In this document: positions 10,131 through 20,561 of the stretch, in pieces | How positions within the stretch are numbered: position 1 is the stretch's first letter | How the letters are laid out: each line of letters begins with the position of its first letter | Assembly: GCA_963674595.2 (NCBI GenBank) | Contig: CAXXFV010000016.1 | Span: forward strand, 64,001 to 128,000 | Length of the DNA: 64,000 nt | From: a bacterium | GTDB lineage: Bacteria > Zhuqueibacterota > Zhuqueibacteria > Residuimicrobiales > Krinioviventaceae | Direction: 5' to 3' | The notes under the pieces: generated by a model | Database searches by the model: none | What the model was told of the DNA's origin: nothing | The model's input: only the letters and a program-made list of their open reading frames with translations | Made by a program: the position numbers and the translations under genes

Positions 10131-13100
10131 ATACCTCCTCAGTGGCTGATATAGCCTCTCGGTTTTGATACTCTTCCAATCGCATTCTTTCGAGAGACTT
10201 TTTATAATCTATAGGCATTACTTTAACGAAAAGCGGTAAATGCGCTTCCCAGTTTTCCAGCAAAAATTTTGCGCGCGGGCTGTTTGTAAATCTGAAATGA
10301 TTTTCTATCATTGTGCGAAGCTGGATTTTGTCTTCTTGATTTATTACCGGCTCAAGGTCTACCATGTCCAGATTGCAGTTAGAGTCAAACATTTCAGAAT
10401 GATCATAAACATAAGCAATGCCTCCGCTCATACCTGCGGCAAAGTTATGACCGGTCGGGCCAATGACAACAACAACACCGCCTGTCATATATTCACAACA
10501 ATGGTCGCCAACTCCTTCTACAACAGCTTTTGCACCACTATTTCTTACGGCAAATCGTTCACCAGCAATACCATTAATGTATACTTCTCCGCCGGTTGCG
10601 CCATATAGAACGACATTTCCTACAATAACATTTTCATTCGGAACAAAGCGAGCTGTTATTGGGGGGACCAGAATAATTTTACCACCGGACATTCCTTTAC
10701 CAAGGTAATCGTTTCCGGCTCCTTCTACCCGCATGGTAATTCCGGGTGCTAAAAATGCACCAAAACTTTGTCCTGTATATCCTTTAAAAGTGATTTGAAT
10801 GCTGTCATCCGGCAGTCCTGCACTTCCTACATTCTGTATGATATAGCCGCTTAGTTGAGCTCCGACAGTACGATGGATATTTCGAATGGGCATGTCAATT
10901 CGTAAAGATTGCATAGTTTTTAGGACAGGCTTTACCTTTTGAATAAGTTCCTTGTCCAAAATTTCGTGTTGATCCGGTTCCTGTTGTTTGCTGCAATAAT
11001 TTGATTTGTTGTTTTTTGGCAAAGTTAATGGATATAAAATAGAACTGAGATCAAGTTTTCTTGCTTTCCAGTGTTCAATGGCTGTTTGAATATCCAGCAT
11101 ATCACTTCTTCCAACCATTTCATTTATCGTTTTAAATCCGAGTTCGGCCATATATTCTCTTAATTCCTGTGCAATAAAGCGCAAAAATCTTTCCGGATAC
11201 TCGGGTTTACCATTGTATCGTGATCTTAAAAGTGGGTCTTGTGTTGCAACGCCCACAGGACATGTATTCAAATGGCATTTACGCATCATAATACAGCCAA
11301 GCGTAATGAGTAGCGACGTGCCAAAACCAAATTCTTCTGCACCGAGTAGAATGGCAATGGCCAAATCACGACCTGTTTTCAGTTGACCGTCTGTTTGGAC
11401 GCGTATTCGGTCCCGAAGTTTATTGAAAATTAAAGACTGATGCGTTTCAGCCAATCCCAGTTCCCAGGGCAAACCCGTATGTTTGATCGCTGTTAGTGGG
11501 GATGCGCCTGTTCCGCCATCATGGCCGGAGATAAGAACCGTATCGGCTTTTGCTTTTGCCACACCGGCAGCGATTGTTCCGACGCCGACTTCTGAAACGA
11601 GTTTTACGGAAACTCTGGACTTTGGATTGACGGTTTTTAAATCATAAATTAATTGAGCCAAATCTTCAATAGAATAAATGTCATGATGAGGTGGCGGTGA
11701 AATAAGTGTAACACCCGGTGTTGTATGACGAACTTTGGCGATTTCCGGACTTACTTTATGCCCCGGAAGCTGACCGCCTTCACCTGGTTTTGCACCCTGT
11801 GCCATTTTAATTTGAAATTCATCGGCATTCATTAAATATTCGATGGTAACGCCAAAACGACCGGATGCAATTTGTTTGATGCTGGACCGTTTACTGTCAC
11901 CATTTGGCAGCTTTTTATATCTTTCCGGGTCTTCACCGCCTTCCCCGGAATTTGAACGGGCCCCAATTCGGTTCATTGCTATGGCAATATCTTCATGCGC
12001 TTCTCTTGATATGGAACCAAAAGACATGGCTGCTCCGACAAATCGTTTCACAATATTGTCAACAGATTCAACTTTATCAATTGATATCGGTTTTGCGTTT
12101 TTAAACTTGAATAAACTTCTTAATGTGGCGCATTCTTTAGATTTTTCGTCTAATATTGCTGTGTATTCTTTAAAAACATTATAGTCATCTGATCTTGTTG
12201 CATGTTGAAGTTTATAAATAGCTTCACTCGTCCAAAGATGTTTTTCACCATTATGACGAATATGATAATTTCCACCTGCTTCCAAAAGTTTATTTACAGT
12301 ACCGTGTTCCGGAAAAGCTTTATAATGGCGGATCAGAACTTCCTGTGCGATTTCTTTTAGTCCAATACCTTTAATACGTGATGAGGTTCCGCAAAAATAG
12401 GTGTCTATAACTTCCTGACCTAATCCGATTGCCTCAAATATCTGTGAACCAAAAAAGCTATGGAGTGTTGAAATACCCATTCGGCTTAGGGTTTTTAACA
12501 AACCTTTATTGATCGCAATTATATAATTGTCCATGGCTTTTTCTGGTGAAATATTTTCTTCCAAAAGACCCGACTCGGAAAGCTCCCGAATTGTTGAAAA
12601 AGCAACATAGGGACAGATTGCATCAACACCATAGCCGATAAGCAACGCAAAATGCATAACTTCACGCACCTCTCCCGATTCAACTATAATACCGGCAGAG
12701 TTGCGCAGGCCTTTATTGATAAGATGGTGATGTAATCCTGATGCCACTAACATGGAAGGAATCGGGGCGTTATCTTTGTCCATATTTTTGTCTGTTAATA
12801 CCAGTAATGAGGCACCCTCAGCAATATGTTGTTCTGCTTTTTTAAAAATACGGTCCAGAGATTTTTTAAGAGAATTAATTTCATCTTTTGCTTTAAAAAG
12901 AATATCAATTTCTTTGACTTTAATTTCCGGATGATCAGCATCACGCAGTCTAACCATGTCACGTGGGGTTAGAATGGGATGAAATAATTTTAATCCCCGA
13001 TAATTATCGGCCTCGGTTTTTAAGAAATTTTGTTCACTTCCGATAAAACTTTCCAAAGACATGACCAATTCTTCCCGCAACGGATCAATAGGCGGATTGG

Positions 13101-14706
13101 TAACCTGAGCAAAAAGCTGTTTAAAATAACTGAATAAAAGTTGCGGTCGGTTGGATAAAACAGCTAATGCCGCGTCATTTCCCATTGAGCCGATTGCTTC
13201 CTGTCCTCTGGAAGCCATGGGTTTGAGGATCATTTTTAAATCTTCATCCGTGTACCCAAAAGCATGTTGCCTTTGACGTAATATTTCCGGGTCCTCTTTA
13301 GGATTTTTTGAAGGAGCAAACAGGCCGCGCAGCTCTATTTGTCGGTCTTTAATCCATCTTCTGTAGGGTTTTTCTCTGGATATTTTTGCTTTTATTTCAT
13401 TATCCGGAACCACACGATTTTGGTGCATGTCTACCAGGAACATTTTTCCCGGTTGTAATCGTCCATGTCTTAAAATACGGTCCGCAGGAATTTCAATAAC
13501 ACCTGTTTCTGAAGCCATAATAATTAAGCCATCCTTGGATATGGTATATCTGGCTGGTCTTAGTCCATTACGGTCCAAAGTTGCTCCAATATAACGCCCG
13601 TCTGTAAAAACAAGGGCTGCGGGGCCGTCCCATGGTTCCATGATGGATGAATGGTATTCGTAAAAAGCTCTTTTGTCTTCACTCATTTTAATTTTCGGAC
13701 CAAAAGCTTCAGGGACCATCATCATCATGACATGCGGCAAGCTCCGTCCTGATAATGTCATCATTTCCAAAGCGTTATCAAAAATTGCAGAATCGCTTGC
13801 GCCTTCTATAAGAATAGGTTTTATTTTATCAATATCATTTCCAAAAACATCTGATTCTAAAATTGCCTCACGGGCTTTCATACGATTTATATTGCCACGC
13901 AAGGTGTTTATTTCACCATTGTGTGCAAGAAATCGAAATGGCTGTGCCAGGTGCCATGTTGGAAGTGTGTTGGTGCTATAACGTTGATGTACGATTGAAT
14001 AAGCACTTTTAAAAGATTCTTCCAGCAAATCCGGGAAAAATTTAGTTATTTGGCTTCCTACCAAAAGCCCTTTATAAACGATGGTTCTACTGGAAAAACT
14101 TGATATATAAAATTGACTATAATCATTTTCTTTCAGGTTTGAAATTTCTTTTTCCGCAAGCCTGCGAATAACATACAGTTTTTTCTCCAGATCTTCTGCT
14201 TCATTGATGCCTTTTGCAACGAATAGTTGTTTTATCACAGGTTGGGTACTTGTTGCCAGTTCACCAAGATGGCCGTTATCTACCGGAACATCCCGCCAAC
14301 CAAGGACCTCACATCCTTCTGCCGAGATATGTTTTTCAAAAATTTGAGCGCATCGATCAGCAATTTGAGTATCTGTTGGTAAAAAAACCATTGCCACGGC
14401 ATAGTTACCCGATTGTGGCAGCTTTATACCAATTTGAGATGTTTGTTTCCTAAAAAACGAATCGGGCAACTGAAATAATAAACCGGCTCCATCTCCTGTT
14501 GCTTTATCTCCACCGATGGCTCCCCGGTGTTCTAAATTCACCAAAATTTGAATTGCATTTTTAACAATGGAGTGATTTGGAATTCCATCTAATCGGGCAA
14601 TAAAACCAACGCCACAACTGTCGTGTTCATGAGCAGGATCATATAAACCCTTTGATTCGGGTATTCCAGCAGCATTAAGTTTTAAGAGGTGATCCTTGTC
14701 TCTCAT
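10120..14706 (-). CDS. gltB: Glutamate synthase large (alpha) subunit
   Basis: HDSCGVGF Ntn-Cys, HQRYSTNT, HNGEINT, GAKPGEGGQLPG, CIMMRKCHLNTC 3Fe-4S motif, C-terminal beta-helix. Confidence 0.98.
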   Translation of the reverse strand: MRDKDHLLKLNAAGIPESKGLYDPAHEHDSCGVGFIARLDGIPNHSIVKNAIQILVNLEHRGAIGGDKATGDGAGLLFQLPDSFFRKQTSQIGIKLPQSGNYAVAMVFLPTDTQIADRCAQIFEKHISAEGCEVLGWRDVPVDNGHLGELATSTQPVIKQLFVAKGINEAEDLEKKLYVIRRLAEKEISNLKENDYSQFYISSFSSRTIVYKGLLVGSQITKFFPDLLEESFKSAYSIVHQRYSTNTLPTWHLAQPFRFLAHNGEINTLRGNINRMKAREAILESDVFGNDIDKIKPILIEGASDSAIFDNALEMMTLSGRSLPHVMMMMVPEAFGPKIKMSEDKRAFYEYHSSIMEPWDGPAALVFTDGRYIGATLDRNGLRPARYTISKDGLIIMASETGVIEIPADRILRHGRLQPGKMFLVDMHQNRVVPDNEIKAKISREKPYRRWIKDRQIELRGLFAPSKNPKEDPEILRQRQHAFGYTDEDLKMILKPMASRGQEAIGSMGNDAALAVLSNRPQLLFSYFKQLFAQVTNPPIDPLREELVMSLESFIGSEQNFLKTEADNYRGLKLFHPILTPRDMVRLRDADHPEIKVKEIDILFKAKDEINSLKKSLDRIFKKAEQHIAEGASLLVLTDKNMDKDNAPIPSMLVASGLHHHLINKGLRNSAGIIVESGEVREVMHFALLIGYGVDAICPYVAFSTIRELSESGLLEENISPEKAMDNYIIAINKGLLKTLSRMGISTLHSFFGSQIFEAIGLGQEVIDTYFCGTSSRIKGIGLKEIAQEVLIRHYKAFPEHGTVNKLLEAGGNYHIRHNGEKHLWTSEAIYKLQHATRSDDYNVFKEYTAILDEKSKECATLRSLFKFKNAKPISIDKVESVDNIVKRFVGAAMSFGSISREAHEDIAIAMNRIGARSNSGEGGEDPERYKKLPNGDSKRSSIKQIASGRFGVTIEYLMNADEFQIKMAQGAKPGEGGQLPGHKVSPEIAKVRHTTPGVTLISPPPHHDIYSIEDLAQLIYDLKTVNPKSRVSVKLVSEVGVGTIAAGVAKAKADTVLISGHDGGTGASPLTAIKHTGLPWELGLAETHQSLIFNKLRDRIRVQTDGQLKTGRDLAIAILLGAEEFGFGTSLLITLGCIMMRKCHLNTCPVGVATQDPLLRSRYNGKPEYPERFLRFIAQELREYMAELGFKTINEMVGRSDMLDIQTAIEHWKARKLDLSSILYPLTLPKNNKSNYCSKQQEPDQHEILDKELIQKVKPVLKTMQSLRIDMPIRNIHRTVGAQLSGYIIQNVGSAGLPDDSIQITFKGYTGQSFGAFLAPGITMRVEGAGNDYLGKGMSGGKIILVPPITARFVPNENVIVGNVVLYGATGGEVYINGIAGERFAVRNSGAKAVVEGVGDHCCEYMTGGVVVVIGPTGHNFAAGMSGGIAYVYDHSEMFDSNCNLDMVDLEPVINQEDKIQLRTMIENHFRFTNSPRAKFLLENWEAHLPLFVKVMPIDYKKSLERMRLEEYQNREAISATEEVFDG

Positions 14707-14737
14707 TTTTATCTTCCTTGATATAATGATTAGTTAT

Positions 14738-14769
14738 AAACAAACCTTTCCGTTGATTTAACGGAAAGG
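14738..14769 (-). terminator. Terminator-like hairpin inside the gltB 5' leader (candidate attenuator)
   Basis: Minus strand CCTTTCCGTT-aaatc-AACGGAAAGG followed by TTTGTTT, about 30 nt upstream of the gltB start. Confidence 0.65.
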
Positions 14770-14985
14770 GAGCATTACTGAACTATATTTTGGGTTTTGA
14801 AAGAATTTATTATCGCATCAGGATGATGCGATAATACTCAGGATTGTCATTCCCTGTAGAATCGCATCATACTGTACGCTTTAGCTTCCGTTTTCGGAAT
14901 ATTTTTGGCATTAAGCATGATTTTATCTTAAACATCAAAGGTATCGGGGGGTTTTGAATGAATAACTATATCTAAAATAATTATT

Positions 14986-15014
14986 AATTTAAGCTTTTTT
15001 TGAGTTTAAATCAA
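14986..15014 (-). promoter_or_regulatory. Putative sigma70 promoter for gltBD
   Basis: TTGATT-N17-TAAATT on the minus strand; implies a ~270-nt leader. Confidence 0.5.
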
Positions 15015-15040
15015 GCTTTTTATTGGTTGTAATAATTTGG

Positions 15041-15814
15041 TTATTTTAATTTTTTCAGGACTTTTTCTAATTCCTCTTTTGCCTGTTTTTTGTGATCGGC
15101 ATCTTCGGAATCTTGCAATGGAAGATCTGCAATCATTTCAAACTCTTCCTTGGCTAACTCCCATTTTTTCAACTCTTCATAAGTTAAACCCAATTCAAGA
15201 TGATGGTTGATGTAATTCGGTTTTAGCTCAATGGCTATTTTAAAGTGTTTAACGGCCAAATCGTTGCTGGCGTCAGGGAGTCCACCGTATAAAATTTTGG
15301 CAAATGTTTTTAACAATCCGCTGAGGTTGGCTACTTCTCTGTTCCATCTGGCAAGAACATGATGGGCAATGTCATTTTGCGGATCAAGTCTTAAAGCTTC
15401 TTCAGCTTCGCTTTTTACTTCTTTGGAAAGTTCTACTTTTTTCTTGCCGCCAACCATTAATGCCACACGACCAACGGCTATTGCCAGATGAAGGTGTGCA
15501 TTGGAATTGTCAGGGCACATTTTCACGGCTTCACGAGCTGTTTTTTCAGCCATGTAATAGTTTTGTGCCTGCATTTTTTCATCGGCAACTTCACCAATAT
15601 CTATAAAAGCCCTGCTTATTTTCCAAATAGATTCACAGTTTGTTGGATCGGCTTTTTTAGCCATTTGATAATATTTTAATGCCATCTCATTATCAAATTT
15701 ATCATAGGCTGAATCACCTTGTGCCAAATAAGTATTTACATCTGCAAATGAAATTTGATTAAAACAAAGAATAATTGCAAAGAGACCTGTAATAAAAGAT
15801 AATGGACGGTACAT
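15041..15814 (-). CDS. Secreted TPR-like protein resembling the RMD1/RMDN (regulator of microtubule dynamics) family
   Basis: Signal peptide; [52 protein letters not shown] helical-repeat pattern. Confidence 0.65.
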   Translation of the reverse strand: MYRPLSFITGLFAIILCFNQISFADVNTYLAQGDSAYDKFDNEMALKYYQMAKKADPTNCESIWKISRAFIDIGEVADEKMQAQNYYMAEKTAREAVKMCPDNSNAHLHLAIAVGRVALMVGGKKKVELSKEVKSEAEEALRLDPQNDIAHHVLARWNREVANLSGLLKTFAKILYGGLPDASNDLAVKHFKIAIELKPNYINHHLELGLTYEELKKWELAKEEFEMIADLPLQDSEDADHKKQAKEELEKVLKKLK

Positions 15815-15848
15815 TTTTAACCTCCGAATAAAAATTTCTAGTTTACCA

Positions 15849-15877
15849 ATTCTAATGTTTTTTTATAAAAATGTCAA
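15849..15877 (-). promoter_or_regulatory. Putative sigma70 promoter for the TPR gene
   Basis: TTGACA-N17-TAGAAT on the minus strand. Confidence 0.6.
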
Positions 15878-15980
15878 ATCATTTCTGCATTTTTTCAAAA
15901 TGCTCATACATTTTCCTTTGCTCTCTATTTTTGATTTTTTATATTGGGTGCGTTGGAAATTATTACAGGAAATATTAGTT

Positions 15981-18806
15981 ATGCCATTAAAAGATAAAAT
16001 TATTGTACGCGGTGCTCGTGAACATAATTTAAAAAATATTGATATTGAAATACCCAGAGATCAGCTTGTCGTTATTACCGGCCTGTCCGGGTCCGGTAAA
16101 TCATCTTTAGCATTTGATACGATCTATGCCGAAGGTCAGAGGCGATATGTTGAATCTCTTTCTGCTTATGCCCGGCAGTTTCTCGGGTTAATGGAAAAAC
16201 CGGATGTGGATTATATAGAAGGATTGTCTCCGGCAATTTCCATCGAACAGCGAACCACGACAAAAAATCCACGGTCTACGGTTGGTACTGTAACAGAAAT
16301 TTATGATTATTTACGATTGTTGTTCAGCCGGATTGGAAAACCCTATTGTTATCAATGTGGAAAACCCATAGAACGTCAAACTGTTCAGCAAATAGTTGAT
16401 AGTGTTATGAATTTGCCGGAGGAAAGTAAAATTCAGGTGCTGGCACCTCTTGTTCGCGGGAGAAAGGGCGAATATAGAGAAGTTTTTGAAGAGGCACGGC
16501 GCGACGGATATGTCCGTGTACGTGTTGATGGTAAAATGTTTGAGTTGGATTCCGAGATTAAACTGGATAAAAATAAAAAACACAACATTGAGATTGTTGT
16601 TGACAGGTTAATCGTTAACCCGAAAATTAAAACGAGATTAACGGATTCAATTGAAACAGCCCTCAACTTTTCTTCCGGTATTGTCCTTATTGATGTTATT
16701 GGTGATAAAGAATTACTTTTTAGTGAACATTTTTCATGTATTGATTGCGGCATTTCCTATGAAGAACTGGCGCCGCGAATGTTTTCTTTTAACACGCCCT
16801 ATGGAGCCTGTCCTTCCTGTAATGGTTTGGGCACAAGGATGATAGTTGATACGGACCTTATTGTGCCTGATAAAACCCTGTCACTTGAACAGGGTGCAAT
16901 TAAGGTTTGGGGACAGTTAAAAGACGGCTGGTATATTTCTATGGCCAAAGGTGTGGTTGAACATTTTGGTTTTGACATTTCCACACCTTATCATGAATTG
17001 TCTCAGGAATGCCGGCATGCTTTAATGTTCGGTATGGATGAGGAACTGAATTTTCAGTACAGTTCCCGTACCGGAAGCCACCAGGGGACCTTTCGAAACA
17101 AATACGAGGGTGTTGTAAAAAACCTGGAGCGACGGTTTCACCAGACGGATTCGTCAGGAATTCGGGACTGGATCGAAAGTTTTATGCATGTAGTGGATTG
17201 TCCGGATTGCGGCGGTTCGCGTTTGCGTCCCGAAGCTCGTTCTGTTCGAGTCGGAAAATATGCCATTCAGAACGTAACAGCCATGTCTGTAAAAAAAGCC
17301 GGTGAATATTTTGAAACATTAAAGTTGACGGACCGTGAAAAACAGATTGCCCACCAAATTCTTAAAGAGATTCGGGAACGATTGGGTTTTCTTATAAATG
17401 TGGGACTGGATTATTTGACCCTGGACCGTACAGCCGGAACGCTTTCCGGTGGTGAAGCTCAGCGAATTCGATTGGCTACTCAAATTGGTTCCCAATTGGT
17501 TGGCGTTTTGTACATTTTGGATGAACCTTCTATCGGTTTGCACCAGAGAGATAATCAAAGACTGATTGATACATTGATCAAGTTGCGTGATTTGGGAAAT
17601 ACTGTTGTAGTGGTTGAGCATGATAAAGAAACCATAGAAAAAGCCGATTATCTGCTTGATTTGGGGCCCGGCGCCGGTGAGCACGGCGGCTATATTGTTG
17701 CCAGTGGGACACCCCAGGATGTTGCAAAGGTATCAGATTCGATTACCGGGAAATATCTGTCCGGTGAAAAACAAATTCCATTACCGGAAAAAAGAAAACA
17801 AGGGAACGGTAACTATTTAGAACTTTTGGGAGCACATGGAAATAATTTAAAAAATGTGCAAATTAAAATTCCGCTTGGTACTTTTGTGTGTATTACCGGC
17901 GTGTCCGGTAGTGGAAAAAGCACGCTTGTAAATGAAACGTTATATCGAATCCTTTGTAAACATTTTTATAAAAGTAAAGATAATCCCCTGGAATATGAAA
18001 AAATTATCGGATTAGAGCATGTTGACAAAGTCATTGATATTGACCAGTCACCAATCGGCAGAACGCCCCGTTCAAATCCGGCCACATATACAGGCGTTTT
18101 TACGCACATTCGTGACCTTTTTACTCAATTACCGGAATCCAAAATTCGTGGTTACCAGCCGGGCCGCTTTAGTTTTAATGTTAAAGGGGGACGGTGTGAG
18201 GCGTGTCAGGGTGATGGAATTTTAAAAATTGAAATGCACTTTTTACCGGATGTTTATGTTACTTGTGAAGTGTGCAAGGGGCATCGGTATAACCGGGAGA
18301 CGTTGGAAATAAAATATAAAGGGAAATCTATTGCCGATATTCTTGAAATGACTGTAACGCAGGCATTGGACTTTTTCCAAAAACTACCGGCGATTAAAAG
18401 AAAACTTGAGACATTGCAGGATGTGGGCCTCGGTTACATTAAACTTGGGCAGCAGGCTACAACACTCTCCGGCGGTGAAGCACAGCGCGTCAAGCTGGCA
18501 ACCGAGCTTTCTAAACGAAGTACCGGTAAAACTATATATATTCTTGATGAGCCGACCACAGGATTACATTTTGAAGATACGAATATGTTGTTGCGGGTTT
18601 TGCAGAGACTTGTAGATAAAGGAAATACCGTGGTTGTTATTGAACACCACATGGATGTTATTAAATGTGCCGACTATATTATTGATTTAGGTCCTGAGGG
18701 TGGAGATGCCGGCGGTCAGATTATTGCCACCGGAACTCCTGAACAGGTCTCTCAGGTCCAGATTTCATATACCGGTCAGTTTTTAAAACAGGAATTGAAA
18801 ATTTAA
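15981..18806 (+). CDS. uvrA: Excinuclease ABC subunit A
   Basis: [32 protein letters not shown], Zn-finger CxxC pairs, two LSGGEAQR motifs. Probable start is ATG 15981 (MPLKDKIIV), not 15855. Confidence 0.98.
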   Translation: MPLKDKIIVRGAREHNLKNIDIEIPRDQLVVITGLSGSGKSSLAFDTIYAEGQRRYVESLSAYARQFLGLMEKPDVDYIEGLSPAISIEQRTTTKNPRSTVGTVTEIYDYLRLLFSRIGKPYCYQCGKPIERQTVQQIVDSVMNLPEESKIQVLAPLVRGRKGEYREVFEEARRDGYVRVRVDGKMFELDSEIKLDKNKKHNIEIVVDRLIVNPKIKTRLTDSIETALNFSSGIVLIDVIGDKELLFSEHFSCIDCGISYEELAPRMFSFNTPYGACPSCNGLGTRMIVDTDLIVPDKTLSLEQGAIKVWGQLKDGWYISMAKGVVEHFGFDISTPYHELSQECRHALMFGMDEELNFQYSSRTGSHQGTFRNKYEGVVKNLERRFHQTDSSGIRDWIESFMHVVDCPDCGGSRLRPEARSVRVGKYAIQNVTAMSVKKAGEYFETLKLTDREKQIAHQILKEIRERLGFLINVGLDYLTLDRTAGTLSGGEAQRIRLATQIGSQLVGVLYILDEPSIGLHQRDNQRLIDTLIKLRDLGNTVVVVEHDKETIEKADYLLDLGPGAGEHGGYIVASGTPQDVAKVSDSITGKYLSGEKQIPLPEKRKQGNGNYLELLGAHGNNLKNVQIKIPLGTFVCITGVSGSGKSTLVNETLYRILCKHFYKSKDNPLEYEKIIGLEHVDKVIDIDQSPIGRTPRSNPATYTGVFTHIRDLFTQLPESKIRGYQPGRFSFNVKGGRCEACQGDGILKIEMHFLPDVYVTCEVCKGHRYNRETLEIKYKGKSIADILEMTVTQALDFFQKLPAIKRKLETLQDVGLGYIKLGQQATTLSGGEAQRVKLATELSKRSTGKTIYILDEPTTGLHFEDTNMLLRVLQRLVDKGNTVVVIEHHMDVIKCADYIIDLGPEGGDAGGQIIATGTPEQVSQVQISYTGQFLKQELKI

Positions 18807-18822
18807 AACAATCCTGTAGATT

Positions 18823-20241
18823 TTAATCGTCAATAACAACCGGTTCTTTTAAAGTTTTATTAACCACTTTGCATGAAGCTGATGCTTTGAGGCTGTATTT
18901 TTTTATTTTTAAATGCAGATTTTGTCTCGGCATTTTTGCCAGATTTGCGGCCTGAGAAATATTACCGGAAGCCTGGTTTAACAGTTGAACAATATATTCC
19001 CGTTCAAAAATAGATTTTGCTTCACTGTATGGAATAAGGGGCATATTTCCCATAAAATCAAAATCGGTTTTTGTTGTTTTATAATCTGCGGGTAATTCTT
19101 CAGGTCCTATCCAGTCTGAATCAGACAGAGCAGTCAATCGTTCAATTACGTTTTCCAATTCTCTGATGTTACCGGGCCAGTCCAACTGGCATAATAAATC
19201 TATTGTTTCCGGTTTTAAATAAACTCCCAACCGGTTGTGTTTTCTGGTAAATTTTTGTAAAAAGTACCGAACCAGCAGCGGGATGTCATCACGACGTTCT
19301 TTAAGTGGCGCTAGTTTTAGGGTGATCACGTTCAACCGATAATATAAATCCTGTCGAAATGTTCCCTCTTGCACCATTTTCTCCAAGTCACGGTTTGTTG
19401 CCGCAATAATTCGTGCGTTGGTTTTTAGGGATGTTGTGCCTCCGATACGTCGAAATTCTTTGTTTTGTAAAATCCGCAATAATTTAACTTGCATGGATGG
19501 TGTTGTGTCGCCTATTTCATCCAAAAATATCGTTCCATTGTTAGCAATTTCAAAATAACCCTTGTGGGTTTTGTACGCGCCGGTAAAGGAGCCTTTTTCA
19601 TGCCCAAACAATGCACTTTCTAAAAGGGTATCGGGTATACCTCCACAGTGAACAGCAACAAAGTTTTGATCTTTTTGCGGACTGGAGGTATGAATCATTT
19701 TGGACACCACTTCTTTACCCGTACCGGTTTCACCCAAAATCAGGATGGTTGAGTCGAGAGGGGCTACTTTTTTAATCATTTTTTTTAAATCTAAACTTGA
19801 TTGGCTTTCACCAATAAAGTCACATTTCATTGTGTCTACTGACGAGTCAATATTTGTTTCTTTTTTTATAAAATTGTCTGGTGCGATATATTTGTTTATC
19901 GCTTCAAGGAAAAATCCCTGATCATCCAGCGGTTTTTCGACAAAATCGTCAACACCGCTTTTCAGGAGCTTTACCAGGTTTTCAGTATCGGTTTGACCTG
20001 CAATAATTATCGGCAAACCTGGTTTTTTAGATTTAATTTTTGTAATATAATCAATCGATTTTTCCCCGGTGATTTCATAATCTAAAATTATTCCGTCAAA
20101 TTTGATATTTGTATCCAGATATTTTATTGCGGCGGGCCCACTTTCCGCCTCAATAAGATGTATATCATCATGTCCGAAAATTTTGCGGCAATTCCGCTTA
20201 ATTTCGGATTGTGCTTCAACAATTAATAGGGTTGTCTTCAT
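18823..20241 (-). CDS. Sigma54-dependent (NtrC/AtoC-like) response regulator: receiver + AAA+ + Fis HTH
   Basis: GETGTGKE, ESALFGHEKGSFTGA, FLDEIG, RIIAATN, FRQDLYYRL, WPGNIREL, GNISQAA. Confidence 0.93.
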   Translation of the reverse strand: MKTTLLIVEAQSEIKRNCRKIFGHDDIHLIEAESGPAAIKYLDTNIKFDGIILDYEITGEKSIDYITKIKSKKPGLPIIIAGQTDTENLVKLLKSGVDDFVEKPLDDQGFFLEAINKYIAPDNFIKKETNIDSSVDTMKCDFIGESQSSLDLKKMIKKVAPLDSTILILGETGTGKEVVSKMIHTSSPQKDQNFVAVHCGGIPDTLLESALFGHEKGSFTGAYKTHKGYFEIANNGTIFLDEIGDTTPSMQVKLLRILQNKEFRRIGGTTSLKTNARIIAATNRDLEKMVQEGTFRQDLYYRLNVITLKLAPLKERRDDIPLLVRYFLQKFTRKHNRLGVYLKPETIDLLCQLDWPGNIRELENVIERLTALSDSDWIGPEELPADYKTTKTDFDFMGNMPLIPYSEAKSIFEREYIVQLLNQASGNISQAANLAKMPRQNLHLKIKKYSLKASASCKVVNKTLKEPVVIDD

Positions 20242-20309
20242 ATTCACCTTGCCCCGTTTTTGTTTTAACATTGCCATTCGTTATTTATACCATTCCGCAA
20301 CTTTGTGAG

Positions 20310-20325
20310 TGCAAACAGTGTGCCT
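20310..20325 (-). promoter_or_regulatory. Putative sigma54 (-24/-12) promoter upstream of the sigma54 activator gene
   Basis: Minus strand AGGCACACTGTTTGCA = GGCAC-N5-TTGCA with correct GG/GC spacing. Confidence 0.65.
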
Positions 20326-20488
20326 AATAATGAACTGTCATTCTTTATTGATTTATGTTGTAAATAAACAGTGGTTTATTGCTGTGTTTGTGTTTGAACA
20401 ATATGGGTGAATTGTTTATTACATGTCCCATGTGTGGAATTATCAAGGATTTTTTTAAAAATTGTCCCTTTTAAAATTCAAAAAGAAC

Positions 20489-20517
20489 TTGACTTTTTAA
20501 ATAATTTAGATTATTAT
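20489..20517 (+). promoter_or_regulatory. Putative sigma70 promoter for the sulfate ABC operon
   Basis: TTGACT-N17-TATTAT, 44 nt upstream of the sbp start. Confidence 0.6.
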
Positions 20518-20561
20518 GAGAGTATAATAAGAGTGTTATAAGAGCCTTTTAGGAGTGTCTT

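Noticed and set aside
14847-14918. Classical amino-acid leader peptide, or a known glnA/ykkC/T-box riboswitch
   Set aside because: The uORF has no Gln/Glu run and a weak RBS, and I could not match consensus motifs of those RNA families. Kept only as an unclassified leader.
15855-15980. N-terminal extension of UvrA
   Set aside because: Overlaps the divergent promoter region; UvrA similarity starts at ATG 15981.
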